NCBI GenBank assembly: GCA_050042865.1
Contig: JBHJJE010000084.1
Location: 1 to 64,000 of the forward strand
Direction: 5' to 3'
DNA from: Mastigocoleus sp.
Lineage (GTDB): Bacteria; Cyanobacteriota; Cyanobacteriia; Cyanobacteriales; Nostocaceae
Length of the DNA stretch: 64,000 nt
Part shown: positions 10,241 to 20,337 of the stretch, piece after piece
How the letters are laid out: each line of letters starts with the position of its first letter
Numbering within the stretch: the first letter of the stretch is position 1
The notes under the pieces: generated by a model
What the model was told of the DNA's origin: nothing
Seen by the model: only the letters and a program-made list of their open reading frames with translations
Databases searched by the model: none
Made by a program: the position numbers and the translations under genes

Positions 10241-11041
10241 TTACATAAATCCGATAATCACACCCCAAAGATAGTCTTCAAACATACTTTCATCCTGTTT
10301 AAGCTGTAATTTTTTCCCCCAGGAGTAAACATCTAAGGTAATGTAGGTACTATCTTCCTCCAACCATTCTCCACCTTCTGTCGAGACATTTTCTATAATC
10401 GAAACCCAATGGTTAGGAGAAGGTAAAAATGGTTGCTCTGTACCGAATAAACCTTGAGATGTGATTAAAGCGAAGACCACACCACCATCAGCGATCGCTT
10501 TAGCTGCATCCTGGAGTGAATCTAATTCACCGTATATTAGAGTATTATGGTATTTAACTTGTTTGCAACCTAAAATCTCTTTTGCCCAGCCTTTCATTTC
10601 CCAAGATTTTATTAGTCCCGGTACATTACGTATAACGTCCGGTGCATCTAATTCTAGAGGAAAAAAACGACTTTCTGATTCTCGCAGAGTTGATAAAATC
10701 ATCCAATCCACAGGATTCATGCGCAATCTAGGACGACTTTGACGCAGTTTTTCTGAGGCTCGGAATACCATAGTATCACCTTTAATGGCACCGGTTTCAA
10801 ACAGTTCGCGACAAATCTCTACATAACGTGCTGGTTTGTGACGTGCTAATTCAAATAAAATAGCCGCAGTTCCAGAAAATGTCTCTTTCCCCTGGTGAAT
10901 TTGAAAGGGGTCTTCTATACGCATTCTAATTTCTGAAATTAAAGCTTTTTTATCTATCTGTTTCCAGACTTTAGGGGTTTTAGATTGTTCAAATTTTAAT
11001 AGTGCTGACATTGCAGCAGGAGATGTAAGGTCAGAAAACAT
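10241..11041 (-). CDS. hypothetical cytoplasmic protein (occupies the position where the TRAP substrate-binding protein would be expected)
   Basis: 266-aa ORF with no signal peptide and no recognisable motifs; co-directional with dctQM. Confidence 0.45.
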   Translation of the reverse strand: MFSDLTSPAAMSALLKFEQSKTPKVWKQIDKKALISEIRMRIEDPFQIHQGKETFSGTAAILFELARHKPARYVEICRELFETGAIKGDTMVFRASEKLRQSRPRLRMNPVDWMILSTLRESESRFFPLELDAPDVIRNVPGLIKSWEMKGWAKEILGCKQVKYHNTLIYGELDSLQDAAKAIADGGVVFALITSQGLFGTEQPFLPSPNHWVSIIENVSTEGGEWLEEDSTYITLDVYSWGKKLQLKQDESMFEDYLWGVIIGFM

Positions 11042-11302
11042 TTATTTTAAACTTCATCGGGTAATAGAATATACGCTTTACTTATACCCAGTTGACCCAA
11101 TTATTTAAAGAATCTCTCGACACATCAGATAAATATTTATTGTAGGTTCATAGATACAGCTAATTTTCTATTTCGACAAAATTAGTTTGATTTTTATTTT
11201 TAGTTTTATTTATTGACTCTCCTTTAGACTGGAGAGTTTAATATTGAGAAGTCAAGTTTAATGGCGTTAAATTCTTATTAAATTAATTCGTATTCAATTA
11301 AA

Positions 11303-11527
11303 ATGATCACTCTACAATTAAAGATTCCCGATATTGCTTGTTCTGCTTGTGTGGAGAATGTGACTGTAGCAATTAAATCAGTTGATGCGATGGTGCGGTA
11401 GCACCCGCTGGAAGCGATCGCTACTGTGGATGCTGATACAAAGACGAAAATGGTTACTGTCCAGACTGAGGAATCAGAGGAAAAAATTAGATCGGTATTG
11501 GATGAAGCGGGTTATCCGGCTGATTAG
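11303..11527 (+). pseudogene. atx1: Atx1/CopZ-like copper chaperone (HMA domain, CxxC = IACSAC) interrupted by an in-frame TAG at 11399-11401 within a 30-nt inserted element
   Basis: MITLQLKIPDIACSACVENVTVAIKSVDA[MVR*HPLEAI]ATVDADTKTKMVTVQTEESEEKIRSVLDEAGYPAD aligns with Synechocystis Atx1 (MTIQLTVPTIACEACAEAVTKAV...) except for a 10-codon insert. The insert equals the mini-element and carries the TAG; the gene sits 76 bp upstream of the copper ATPase gene. Confidence 0.7.
11387..11416 (-). repeat. 30-nt HIP1-bearing hairpin mini-element, copy 2 (inside atx1-like CDS)
   Basis: Reverse complement GATCGCTTCCAGCGGGTGCTACCGCACCAT differs from copy 1 at 3 positions. Confidence 0.8.
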
Positions 11528-11603
11528 TTATATTATCTCACTACTTACTCCCTCACTCTTCCACTCCCTTACTCTTCCACTATCTCACCTTTAAAAAATA
11601 ACC

Positions 11604-13868
11604 ATGAATACTCTAAGACTGACAATAGGAGGTATGAGCTGTGCTTCCTGTACTAAAAGTGTGAAAAAAGCTATTACTTCTGTTCCGGGAGTAAAGGAAT
11701 GTCATGTAAACTTTGCAGCAGAACAAGCTACTGTTGAGTACTCTCCTTCCAAAACCACTGTTAAAGCAATTCAAGATGCAGTTTTAAAGGCAAGATATAC
11801 TGCTGCTGTATTTTCGGAAGAAGATATCATTAGTAATGATCACCAAAATCAAGCTCGTCGAAAAGCACAACAGCAAAGCTTGATACGTAAGGTGATTCTT
11901 GGTGGTGGAATTAGTATTATTTTAATAGTGGGTTCCCTACCGATGATGACTGGGTTAAATTTGCCTTGGATTCCCCAATGGTTACATAATTCATGGTTGC
12001 AATTAATTCTCACAACTCCGGTACAGTTTTGGTGCGGTTATGGATTTTATATTGGTGCTGGAAAGGCTTTACAACGCAAAGATGCAACAATGGATACCCT
12101 AATTGCATTGGGTACTAGTGCAGCATTTTTCTATTCCCTCTTTGCGACTGTATTTCCTGGTTTATTTGTCCAACAAGGTTTGCAACCTGATGTATATTAT
12201 GAAACTGCAGCAGTGGTAATCACTTTAATTCTCTTAGGAAAATTCTTTGAGAATCGTGCTAGAGGAAAAACTACAGAAGCGATTCGTAAGCTAATTGGTT
12301 TACAAGCAAGTTTTGCACGAGTTATTCGTAATGGAGTAGTTATAAGTATTCCTCTACCGGAAGTTCAACTCAATGAGATAATTGTAGTACGTCCTGGGGA
12401 AAAAATTCCCGTGGATGGAGAAATTATTGAAGGTGCTTCCACTATAGATGAAGGGATGATAACCGGGGAGAGTATTCCTGTCCACAAGTCTCCTCCAGAT
12501 GAAGTAATTGGCGCAACAATTAATAAAACTGGTAGCTTTAAATTTAGAGCAACCCGGATAGGGAAAGATACTGTTTTAGCTCAAATTGTGCAGTTAGTTA
12601 CACAAGCCCAGGGTAGTAAAGCACCCATTCAAAGATTAGCAGACCGAGTTACAGGATGGTTTGTACCAGGAGTCATTGGAATCGCGATCGCTACTTTTGT
12701 GATTTGGTTGAGTGTCACAGGAAATCTGAATATGGCTTTAATTACCACTGTTGGTGTTTTAATTATTGCCTGTCCCTGCGCTTTGGGTTTAGCGACTCCC
12801 ACTTCGGTAATGGTGGGAACTGGGAAAGCAGCAGAAAATGGTATTTTGGTTAACGGGGCTGAAAGTTTAGAAGTTGCTCATAAAGTTCAAACTGTTGTTT
12901 TAGATAAGACAGGGACGTTAACTGAGGGTAAACCTACTGTTACGAATTTTCTGAGTGTAAAGGGTACAGCAAATCAAAATGAACAGAGAATTATTAGTTT
13001 AGCAGCCTCTTTGGAGGATAATTCTGAACATCCTTTAGCGTCAGCTGTAGTTAGATATGCTCAGTCTCAAGAAGTTAATATTCAAGATGTGCGAGATTTT
13101 ATAGCTATCCCGGGTAGTGGAGTACAGGGATATGTGTTCAATAATTTATTCAATGATTTTGTACAAATTGGTACTTTGCGCTGGTTAAATGAACAGGGTA
13201 TTTATACAAAAGTTTTGCAAGAGAAAAAGCAAGTTTGGGAAACCGCAGGAAAAACTGTAGTTGGAATTGCTGTAAATGGAGAAATGGAAGGTTTAATGGG
13301 AATCTCCGATTCTCTGAAGTCTACATCTTGCGAAGCTGTGAAAATGATCAGTCAAATGGGTTTAGAAGTGGTAATGCTGACAGGAGATAATTACCCCACA
13401 GCTTTATCTATTGCTAAGGAAACTGGTATAGAGCGGGTCTTTGCTGAAGTCCGACCAGGTGAAAAAGCTGGTATTATTAAAACATTGCAAAATGAAGGTA
13501 AAATAGTGGCAATGGTGGGAGACGGTATTAATGATGCTCCAGCCTTAGCTCAAGCAGATGTGGGAATTGCTATCGGAACAGGAACAGATATCGCAATTTC
13601 AGCTAGCGATATAACTTTAATTTCCGGAGATTTGCAGAGTATCGTTACAGCAATCAAACTTTCCCATGCAACCATGAAAAATATTCGTCAAAATCTCTTC
13701 TTTGCCTTTATCTACAATCTATTGGGAATTCCTATTGCTGCAGGAATTTTATTTCCTATATGGGGTTTACTCCTTAACCCAATTATTGCAGGAGTTGCAA
13801 TGGCTTTTAGTTCTGTTTCTGTGGTTACCAATGCTCTAAGATTGCGTAATTTTAAGCTGAAAATATAA
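11604..13868 (+). CDS. copper-translocating P-type ATPase (P1B-type, PacS/CtaA-like)
   Basis: N-terminal HMA domain [14 protein letters not shown] motif [20 protein letters not shown] phosphorylation site, [10 protein letters not shown] hinge. Confidence 0.92.
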   Translation: MNTLRLTIGGMSCASCTKSVKKAITSVPGVKECHVNFAAEQATVEYSPSKTTVKAIQDAVLKARYTAAVFSEEDIISNDHQNQARRKAQQQSLIRKVILGGGISIILIVGSLPMMTGLNLPWIPQWLHNSWLQLILTTPVQFWCGYGFYIGAGKALQRKDATMDTLIALGTSAAFFYSLFATVFPGLFVQQGLQPDVYYETAAVVITLILLGKFFENRARGKTTEAIRKLIGLQASFARVIRNGVVISIPLPEVQLNEIIVVRPGEKIPVDGEIIEGASTIDEGMITGESIPVHKSPPDEVIGATINKTGSFKFRATRIGKDTVLAQIVQLVTQAQGSKAPIQRLADRVTGWFVPGVIGIAIATFVIWLSVTGNLNMALITTVGVLIIACPCALGLATPTSVMVGTGKAAENGILVNGAESLEVAHKVQTVVLDKTGTLTEGKPTVTNFLSVKGTANQNEQRIISLAASLEDNSEHPLASAVVRYAQSQEVNIQDVRDFIAIPGSGVQGYVFNNLFNDFVQIGTLRWLNEQGIYTKVLQEKKQVWETAGKTVVGIAVNGEMEGLMGISDSLKSTSCEAVKMISQMGLEVVMLTGDNYPTALSIAKETGIERVFAEVRPGEKAGIIKTLQNEGKIVAMVGDGINDAPALAQADVGIAIGTGTDIAISASDITLISGDLQSIVTAIKLSHATMKNIRQNLFFAFIYNLLGIPIAAGILFPIWGLLLNPIIAGVAMAFSSVSVVTNALRLRNFKLKI

Positions 13869-14343
13869 TTTACGTGTTATATGAATTAAAAATAGAGATT
13901 TAAGCGAGTTTCAAAATACTTGTAGAACAACGGACATTTTTAACTAACATTACGTAATTTATAAAACCTGCATGTCATTTCAATAAATGATTGTAACAGA
14001 GTCCTCAATAGAGAGGTTTTACCCAATGTCTTTAAAGAAATCTACTTATCGCATTATTTTTCTGAATTGGTAGAAGCATTGGAAAAAATGGGATAACTGT
14101 TTGTGTATCAACTTGGATAATTCTATATTGTCATTGCGAGGAACGAAGCAATCGCAAGGACTTGAGGAATTTATAATTTAAATTAATTTTGTACGACTAC
14201 TAATCCAAATTATTACTTCCTCTCCTTACCCTTAGCCGATAAGAGGTTTTCAGTGTCTCCTAAACACTTTTTTCGCACACATAATATAATATTACGCGAT
14301 CGCCCATGGCGGACACTATCCTACCATCGCTTAGGATTTCCCC

Positions 14344-14562
14344 TCAGATGCGATCGCAAATTTCATTTACAATGGGTTTACACTTTCCTGCATAATCTGA
14401 AATAAAGTAAGTTGCAGTAAATTTATTTTGACTATTTTGAATCATTTCTTGACGAAGAGGTGTTGATTTTTCCATTCTCACAAGAGTTCCTTCCCAGACT
14501 AACTTTTTATCCTTCCAGTCTGATGCAGTCATATTGTAAGAGTTACCGTTACCCACCACCAC
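14344..14562 (-). CDS. small hypothetical protein
   Basis: ORF only; overlaps a diverged HIP1-flanked repeat (14293..14327). Confidence 0.2.
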   Translation of the reverse strand: MVVGNGNSYNMTASDWKDKKLVWEGTLVRMEKSTPLRQEMIQNSQNKFTATYFISDYAGKCKPIVNEICDRI

Positions 14563-15011
14563 CGATATTTTTATAGTTATTTAAAGAACTCATTGTTTTA
14601 AAAATTAATATTTTGAAACACAATATAAAAAAAAGTACAAGATTATCAGTTTTTAAAAGCTCTTTTAGGAAAAGTTAATAATAAATTATGTAAAATTCAA
14701 TTTTGATGATTTCAAAAGTGGATGTTCCTACAGTTTCTATGCAAAAAAGCATTATCGCTGATACTACATACATCAAAATTTTTGTTTGATATTAAAGTTG
14801 CTAAAGAAAAAAGTAACTATACGCATACTTGGTATAAAATCCAATACAGTTAACTGTTAATTGAGTTTCCTATAAACCACGTCTACTTTGAGAACCGTAG
14901 TTTTTATCAAGACTAAGAGATTCCTTCCTTACGTCGCAATGACGTATCGGGAGAATTAGGAACTCCAGGTTTAAACATGAACGGGGTTTAAGTCCTTTAA
15001 AAATATTTGAA

Positions 15012-16970
15012 ATGACTCAGAAACTTGCAATCGTGATTAGTGGTGCTGTATCTTTAGGCAGCTATGAAGCAGGAGTACTATATGAAACAATTGAAGCGAT
15101 CGCTCAACATAACGAGCATCCCGATACTACTGAAGAACAGAAGATTGAGATAGACGTAATTACGGGAGCTTCTGCTGGAGCAATGATTGCTTGTATGTTA
15201 ACTCAGAAGCTACTGTTTGAGGCAGATGCTTTGCGCAACGATCCTTATAATAATGATTTATATAATGCTTGGGTAGAAGATGTAGATATCGAAAAGTTCT
15301 TACAAATTAAAGAAAATGATGACCCTGCAAAGTTTCTTTTGTCTTCGCAAACGGTTAAAGAAATAGGATACAAGTATCTTTTGGATAGATATAATTCTAA
15401 CTCAGCTAAACCAATTCAGACCCATCCAGGCACTGCTAGTTATGGTATTAGTCTGGGAATTGCCATGTCAAATCTAAATGGATTTGACTTTGAGAAAAAG
15501 CCTACTGAATATCAAGCCATTGATAATAGTCCAAAGAATTTATCTAATGGTAGTTCTTTTAAATATACTCAACATAAAGACTGTTTTACAACCGAAATCA
15601 AACCGGGGATAGAATACGACCAAAAATCGATTTGGGAGAAAATAGAAGAGATAGGACGTTCATCAGGTGCATTTCCCTTTGCTTTTAGCGTAGTAGATAT
15701 TGAACGCAAACCTGATGAAGAAGAAATATATCAAGATGCAATCGATTTCTCTCAACCCAAAAAGTTTACTTATACTGACGGTAGCGTCTTTGAAAATGAA
15801 CCTTTCGGAATAGCAAAGTCTTTGGTTAATAAGATAGATACAAAACCAACAGATTACGAAAATCGTTTTTATCTTTATATTGCTCCAGGACTACAAGAAT
15901 CTGAGGGTGAGGAGGAAGAGAATAAAGAGAATGAATTTAGCGCATCTAATGCAAATTATCTTACAACAGCAAAAGCACTTGTGGGAGCAGTTTATAATCA
16001 AGCTAAGTTCCAAGACTGGATTAGAACTCAGGAAGTTAATCAAAAAATTCGTAAATTTGATGTAGAAGCTATTAAACTCAAAGAAATTTTAGAAGAAAAC
16101 CAGTCCTTAAAAGAGAAGCTAAATGATGTTTCTACGGAACTTTTGAATGTACTATACAATGATAATCACAATTCTTCAGAAAAAGATTATCAAAGACTTA
16201 AAGAGCAATTTGAAACTGGCTATAACGACTTAAAAAACCGAAAAGACCAAAGTTTAGCTGATACTTGGGTGAAAATTGTCCAGGTCTTAGAAAAAGCTGC
16301 TGATTTAGGCGATCGCGATATTATGAAAATATATGCTATTACCTCTACAAAAGAAGAGTTGGTGGGTGAAGAGTTAGGTTCTTTTCTAGGTTTTTTTGAT
16401 AGGGAACTCAGACATCGCGATTATGAGACTGGACGGAGAAATGCTGTCAAATCTTTGCAGAGAATTCAAGATTATAATAAATTATCTAGAGATAGCTCGC
16501 GGACAGATGAAACAAGAATTAATCAAGAATATAAAAAATCAATTATTGAAAATGATGAGAATCAAAGCCATAGAGAAATTTATTTTACAAACTTTGAGCT
16601 AGAGAATAAATCACTTTTGCCTTCAATAGATCCAGAAGTTGATTTTGTTGCAGATGTTCTGAATCAAGAAGATAAAATTCGCAACATATCTAATGATTTT
16701 GCAAAAGTTTTAAGTAAACTTATATATACACTAATAGTATATGCATTTCGAGGTAAGGATATTACACAACCTGAAGATTTAGTTTCTAAAAACTTATATT
16801 CGGATAATTCATCTACTCAGAAGAATAATAATATATTTGCCTTTATCATCAAGTTATTGCCATTAGAAGGTCTGTTAAAAGTATTCATAATTTTATTGGA
16901 AAAAGTCATAGACTTTCTAGTTTTTAGAGTTATCAATAAGTGGTTAAGGGGAAGAAAATTAGAACCATAA
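15012..16970 (+). CDS. patatin-like phospholipase with ~350-aa coiled-coil/hydrophobic C-terminal extension
   Basis: Oxyanion-hole glycine motif SGAVSLGSYEAG, GASAGA (GxSxG nucleophile), DGSV (catalytic Asp of DGA/G); C-terminal 300+ aa K/E-rich with a terminal hydrophobic segment. Confidence 0.75.
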   Translation: MTQKLAIVISGAVSLGSYEAGVLYETIEAIAQHNEHPDTTEEQKIEIDVITGASAGAMIACMLTQKLLFEADALRNDPYNNDLYNAWVEDVDIEKFLQIKENDDPAKFLLSSQTVKEIGYKYLLDRYNSNSAKPIQTHPGTASYGISLGIAMSNLNGFDFEKKPTEYQAIDNSPKNLSNGSSFKYTQHKDCFTTEIKPGIEYDQKSIWEKIEEIGRSSGAFPFAFSVVDIERKPDEEEIYQDAIDFSQPKKFTYTDGSVFENEPFGIAKSLVNKIDTKPTDYENRFYLYIAPGLQESEGEEEENKENEFSASNANYLTTAKALVGAVYNQAKFQDWIRTQEVNQKIRKFDVEAIKLKEILEENQSLKEKLNDVSTELLNVLYNDNHNSSEKDYQRLKEQFETGYNDLKNRKDQSLADTWVKIVQVLEKAADLGDRDIMKIYAITSTKEELVGEELGSFLGFFDRELRHRDYETGRRNAVKSLQRIQDYNKLSRDSSRTDETRINQEYKKSIIENDENQSHREIYFTNFELENKSLLPSIDPEVDFVADVLNQEDKIRNISNDFAKVLSKLIYTLIVYAFRGKDITQPEDLVSKNLYSDNSSTQKNNNIFAFIIKLLPLEGLLKVFIILLEKVIDFLVFRVINKWLRGRKLEP

Positions 16971-17314
16971 TTTTTTAATAAGTATTTTAATAAGTAAGTC
17001 GGTGTTAAAAAATAGAGGTTGTCATTGCGTAAAGCCTAACGGCATAGCTCCGCTTAGGGTTGACAACGTTCTCGAAGAGTGTGAAACTTAGTCAAACGAC
17101 GCAATTGCAGATATTTGAATGTTATTTACATTTTGTTCCATAGTGAGGTTTATTTGTGCTGACCTACTTATATTTTTTTGATATTAATTCATAAAAATTA
17201 AAATGGTGGTGGATGGAATGATAATATAAAAAGTCTAATAGGGTTTTGCGGTAGTCATTGTTAAATCAAACTTACCTTATTCATATTAGTTTTCATAAGA
17301 CTTTGATTATCAGA

Positions 17315-18820
17315 TTAACTGATAGCAAAAAAACTTCCTACTAAACCCAATACAATCAAGCCTCCCAAGAGATATAACATTACAGTAGTTCGATTACTTT
17401 TAGTTAAAATTTCTGAGTAAGATAACTCATGATTTTGAATTAGTAAAAAAGAGTGGTTATTAAACAAGAATGGTAACGCACGACTTAATAAAAAACGTAG
17501 AAAAAAGTTGATACTCCACAATCTTTTTTGGAAAGGATTTTGATTATATTGCCAAGGATAACTTACTTGAGCTAAACGAATTAGAGCTTTTATATTAGGT
17601 TGACGTAAGTTTTCATAACGAGGAAGTGTTTGAGCTAAATTATCTGAGTTTTCTGCTAACGCTTCATATAGAAGATAAACGTCTTCTAAAGCGGAATTTA
17701 CCCCTTGTCCTATATCGGGAGGAAAACAATGGACTGCATCACCTAGTAAAATGACTGCTGTTCCTTGATTCTCATCGGGTTCTCCCCAGATTTTATGTAG
17801 TCCTGAACAATATTGAGGAATTGGGAAACTTCCACCCTGACTATTTGTAAATCTAGCTATTTCTTGGGGAGATACAATTTTTTCTAGAGGAATTTGAGGA
17901 AAAGCTTCTTTGAGAAAATTATCAACTTCTTCTTCGGTTGTCAATTTCCAAATTGCATGGTCTGGGTAAGTAATAATATTTGCTGTTCTGGGTGTATGAG
18001 GATTTTTGAAGGGTAATAAACCCAGAGAAAGTGCTTTTTTAGGTTCCTTAAAGGTGGATCTAATTGCATAAGCCATTGTAGACTCAGATACATCTCCTTC
18101 TTGGTCTGATAAAGGAAACTGAGGAGGTAGGGTTAAAACTTTGTACCTTAAACCAGAACTAGGAGAAGGAAATTTCTGCATCTCGAAGGAGTCAGATTCA
18201 CTTTCGCTTTCATGAAGAGTTTGACGAACAATGGAATTTAAACCGTCACAACCTACTATTAAAGTTGGATGAAAAGAATATTTCTTCTGGTCTGTAGATT
18301 CAGAAATAGATTGAGCAGTTATTTCTAGATTACTAGAATCTAAATTACTAGAATCTTGTTTAATTTCCACACATTCAGTCTGAAACAAAACTTTAATTGA
18401 GTCTTGCCAATTTTGCTCTATTTCTTGATATAACAATTGTAAAAAAGCAGGTCTGGGTAACCAATAAGCTGTTTTGCGATCGCTATCAGCAATAGGTAGT
18501 TTATTAACAGTGCGTTTACCGTCCTTCTGAATCAGTGTCAGATAAAATTCGGTATTCGGGACGCTCAAAGTCGCTAATTTTGAAGTAATATCAAACAAGT
18601 CGGTTAGCTTTTGTCCCCGACCATCAATTTGATAATTAAAGGATTTATCAGGTTCGTAATAATCTGCCGATGGTCTTTTCTCTAGAACAGTAACATCTTT
18701 CCAGCCCCTTTTAGCTAACATTAATGCTGTTCCTAGTCCCGTGGGACCTCCTCCAACAATTACAACTTTTCCCTTATGATTATCCCTCACGGTCGGTCTT
18801 TCTATATTATTATTTGTCAT
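17315..18820 (-). CDS. FAD-dependent monooxygenase (kynurenine 3-monooxygenase-like), C-terminal membrane anchor
   Basis: GXGXXG VVIVGGGPTGLGTA, GCDGLNSIVR, GDAVHCFPPDIGQGVNSALEDV (FAD-binding motif 2); hydrophobic C-terminus. Confidence 0.7.
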   Translation of the reverse strand: MTNNNIERPTVRDNHKGKVVIVGGGPTGLGTALMLAKRGWKDVTVLEKRPSADYYEPDKSFNYQIDGRGQKLTDLFDITSKLATLSVPNTEFYLTLIQKDGKRTVNKLPIADSDRKTAYWLPRPAFLQLLYQEIEQNWQDSIKVLFQTECVEIKQDSSNLDSSNLEITAQSISESTDQKKYSFHPTLIVGCDGLNSIVRQTLHESESESDSFEMQKFPSPSSGLRYKVLTLPPQFPLSDQEGDVSESTMAYAIRSTFKEPKKALSLGLLPFKNPHTPRTANIITYPDHAIWKLTTEEEVDNFLKEAFPQIPLEKIVSPQEIARFTNSQGGSFPIPQYCSGLHKIWGEPDENQGTAVILLGDAVHCFPPDIGQGVNSALEDVYLLYEALAENSDNLAQTLPRYENLRQPNIKALIRLAQVSYPWQYNQNPFQKRLWSINFFLRFLLSRALPFLFNNHSFLLIQNHELSYSEILTKSNRTTVMLYLLGGLIVLGLVGSFFAIS

Positions 18821-18908
18821 CTTTCAATTAACTGTTAAAGTTAGATTTCAAGTTAAATATTGAATTGAATTTAGAATTAAACTTAAAAAATTAAACTTAA
18901 AATTAAAA

Positions 18909-20231
18909 TTAAAAAATAAATATTACTTCTATATTCCACTTTTTCCCATCACGGACTATTTCAATCTCTTGGATAAATTCCCGCAGATAAAATCTTCTTT
19001 CGGATTCTGATAAATCTAGCCAAAACTGTGGAATCGAAACTAAGTTTGCGATGGAATTTAAGTTAGCTGGTGGTAGGGTAGCAAGTTTAGCCTCTAGTGC
19101 TGATATTTCTGTACGTATTTTATAAGTTCTTAGTTTAGCTGTTTGCGTGTCTAATATTTCTGTTTTTAATAAATTTGGTATTGTTTCTAATATTTTATGT
19201 TGATTTTCTATGGATGCAGCTATATTTTTTTTAACTGTATCTAGCTGGGGAAAGTCAATTCCTGCAACTGCATTCATTAAGCTTTCACATACTTCTTTAA
19301 TAGTAGCTTCTAATACTTCTTGGTAAGAAATTGCACTGCATTTGGGATTTTGAGAACATTTTATGGGACGTAAGTAGAGATATTCTGTTTTTTTATGACG
19401 AATAGTAACGCGAGTAATAGTCATTTTGGACTGACATTTTTTACACCGGACTAAACCAGCAAGAGAACGAGGAGCGCTAGCTGTACGTCTGGGTAAACGA
19501 CTATTGCGACGTAGCAATCTATCTATTTGTGCTGCTTCTTCCCTAGAAATAATTGGTGTATGGGTATTACAAATAATTTCATTATTGCAATAAGCTGTAT
19601 CTCCCCTATATACAGGATTGCTTAACCATCTGCGTCCGGTTGTGACAGAAATCTTTTTTCCATACCTTTTAGCTAAATAGCGGACAGCACCCCTCAAGGA
19701 ACCATATAGTAAAAAATTCTCAAAGAAATCCTTGACTATACCAGATGTACTTCTATCTATCGAGTATTTTCCCTTAGCTCGACGGTATCCATAGGGAACC
19801 TTACCTGGAGGAGTAACTGTATCTAAGCGATTACGTGCATGACCTTGACGAATGCGATCGCTACGCTGCTGAGACTGAACTTCATTGAGTAATTTGAGTA
19901 AGTCAGCTTGGGAATCATTGCTTGAGAGAGGGATTTTTTGCGAAGCATTATAACCCTGTTCTAATGCAATCGGGGTAATTCCCATTGCTTCTAGTTTTCC
20001 CAGGTTCGCAGCAATATTTGTAATGTTGTTTCCTAATTCGTTTAAGCGTCGAACTAGTAAATAATCGGGAGTATCTCTTCTAGAATCCTCTAATAACTGT
20101 TGCAGTTGCAAACGATTGTTAGATGAGTTTGCAAAGTCTTGATATGTTTTTTCAACCTCCCATCCCCAACTTTCAATATCTGGTGCAGCTTCTAAAAGTG
20201 GGTCTGAGTAGGTATAGGCAAAAATTCTCAT
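18909..20231 (-). CDS. large serine recombinase (resolvase N-domain + recombinase domain + zinc ribbon), XisF-like
   Basis: N-terminal resolvase-like domain; recombinase-domain motif GRRWLSNPVYRGD; Cys-rich zinc-ribbon CKKCQSKM...CSQNPKC. Confidence 0.75.
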   Translation of the reverse strand: MRIFAYTYSDPLLEAAPDIESWGWEVEKTYQDFANSSNNRLQLQQLLEDSRRDTPDYLLVRRLNELGNNITNIAANLGKLEAMGITPIALEQGYNASQKIPLSSNDSQADLLKLLNEVQSQQRSDRIRQGHARNRLDTVTPPGKVPYGYRRAKGKYSIDRSTSGIVKDFFENFLLYGSLRGAVRYLAKRYGKKISVTTGRRWLSNPVYRGDTAYCNNEIICNTHTPIISREEAAQIDRLLRRNSRLPRRTASAPRSLAGLVRCKKCQSKMTITRVTIRHKKTEYLYLRPIKCSQNPKCSAISYQEVLEATIKEVCESLMNAVAGIDFPQLDTVKKNIAASIENQHKILETIPNLLKTEILDTQTAKLRTYKIRTEISALEAKLATLPPANLNSIANLVSIPQFWLDLSESERRFYLREFIQEIEIVRDGKKWNIEVIFIF

Positions 20232-20337
20232 GACAAACTTATAAGCCTTACATATCAGTAAATACTAACACCTTATTTAGGTTCTAACTTATAGTTCGCC
20301 AGATAATCTTAAAATTTCATAAATCAAATAAGTTTTG

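Noticed and set aside
11382-11594. 70-aa ORF overlapping the atx1-like gene
   Set aside because: It is out of frame with the clearly homologous HMA reading frame, so it is a spurious overlap.
14293-14327. Fourth copy of the 30-nt mini-element
   Set aside because: It shares only the ends (GCGATCGCC…ACCATCGC), and the central hairpin differs (CATGGCGGACACTATCCT). It may be a distant relative, so it is not counted as a copy.
18909-20231. A host gene split by the serine-recombinase element within this window
   Set aside because: Flanking ORFs (FAD monooxygenase, sulfotransferase) appear full length with intact N- and C-terminal motifs, so no split gene could be demonstrated.
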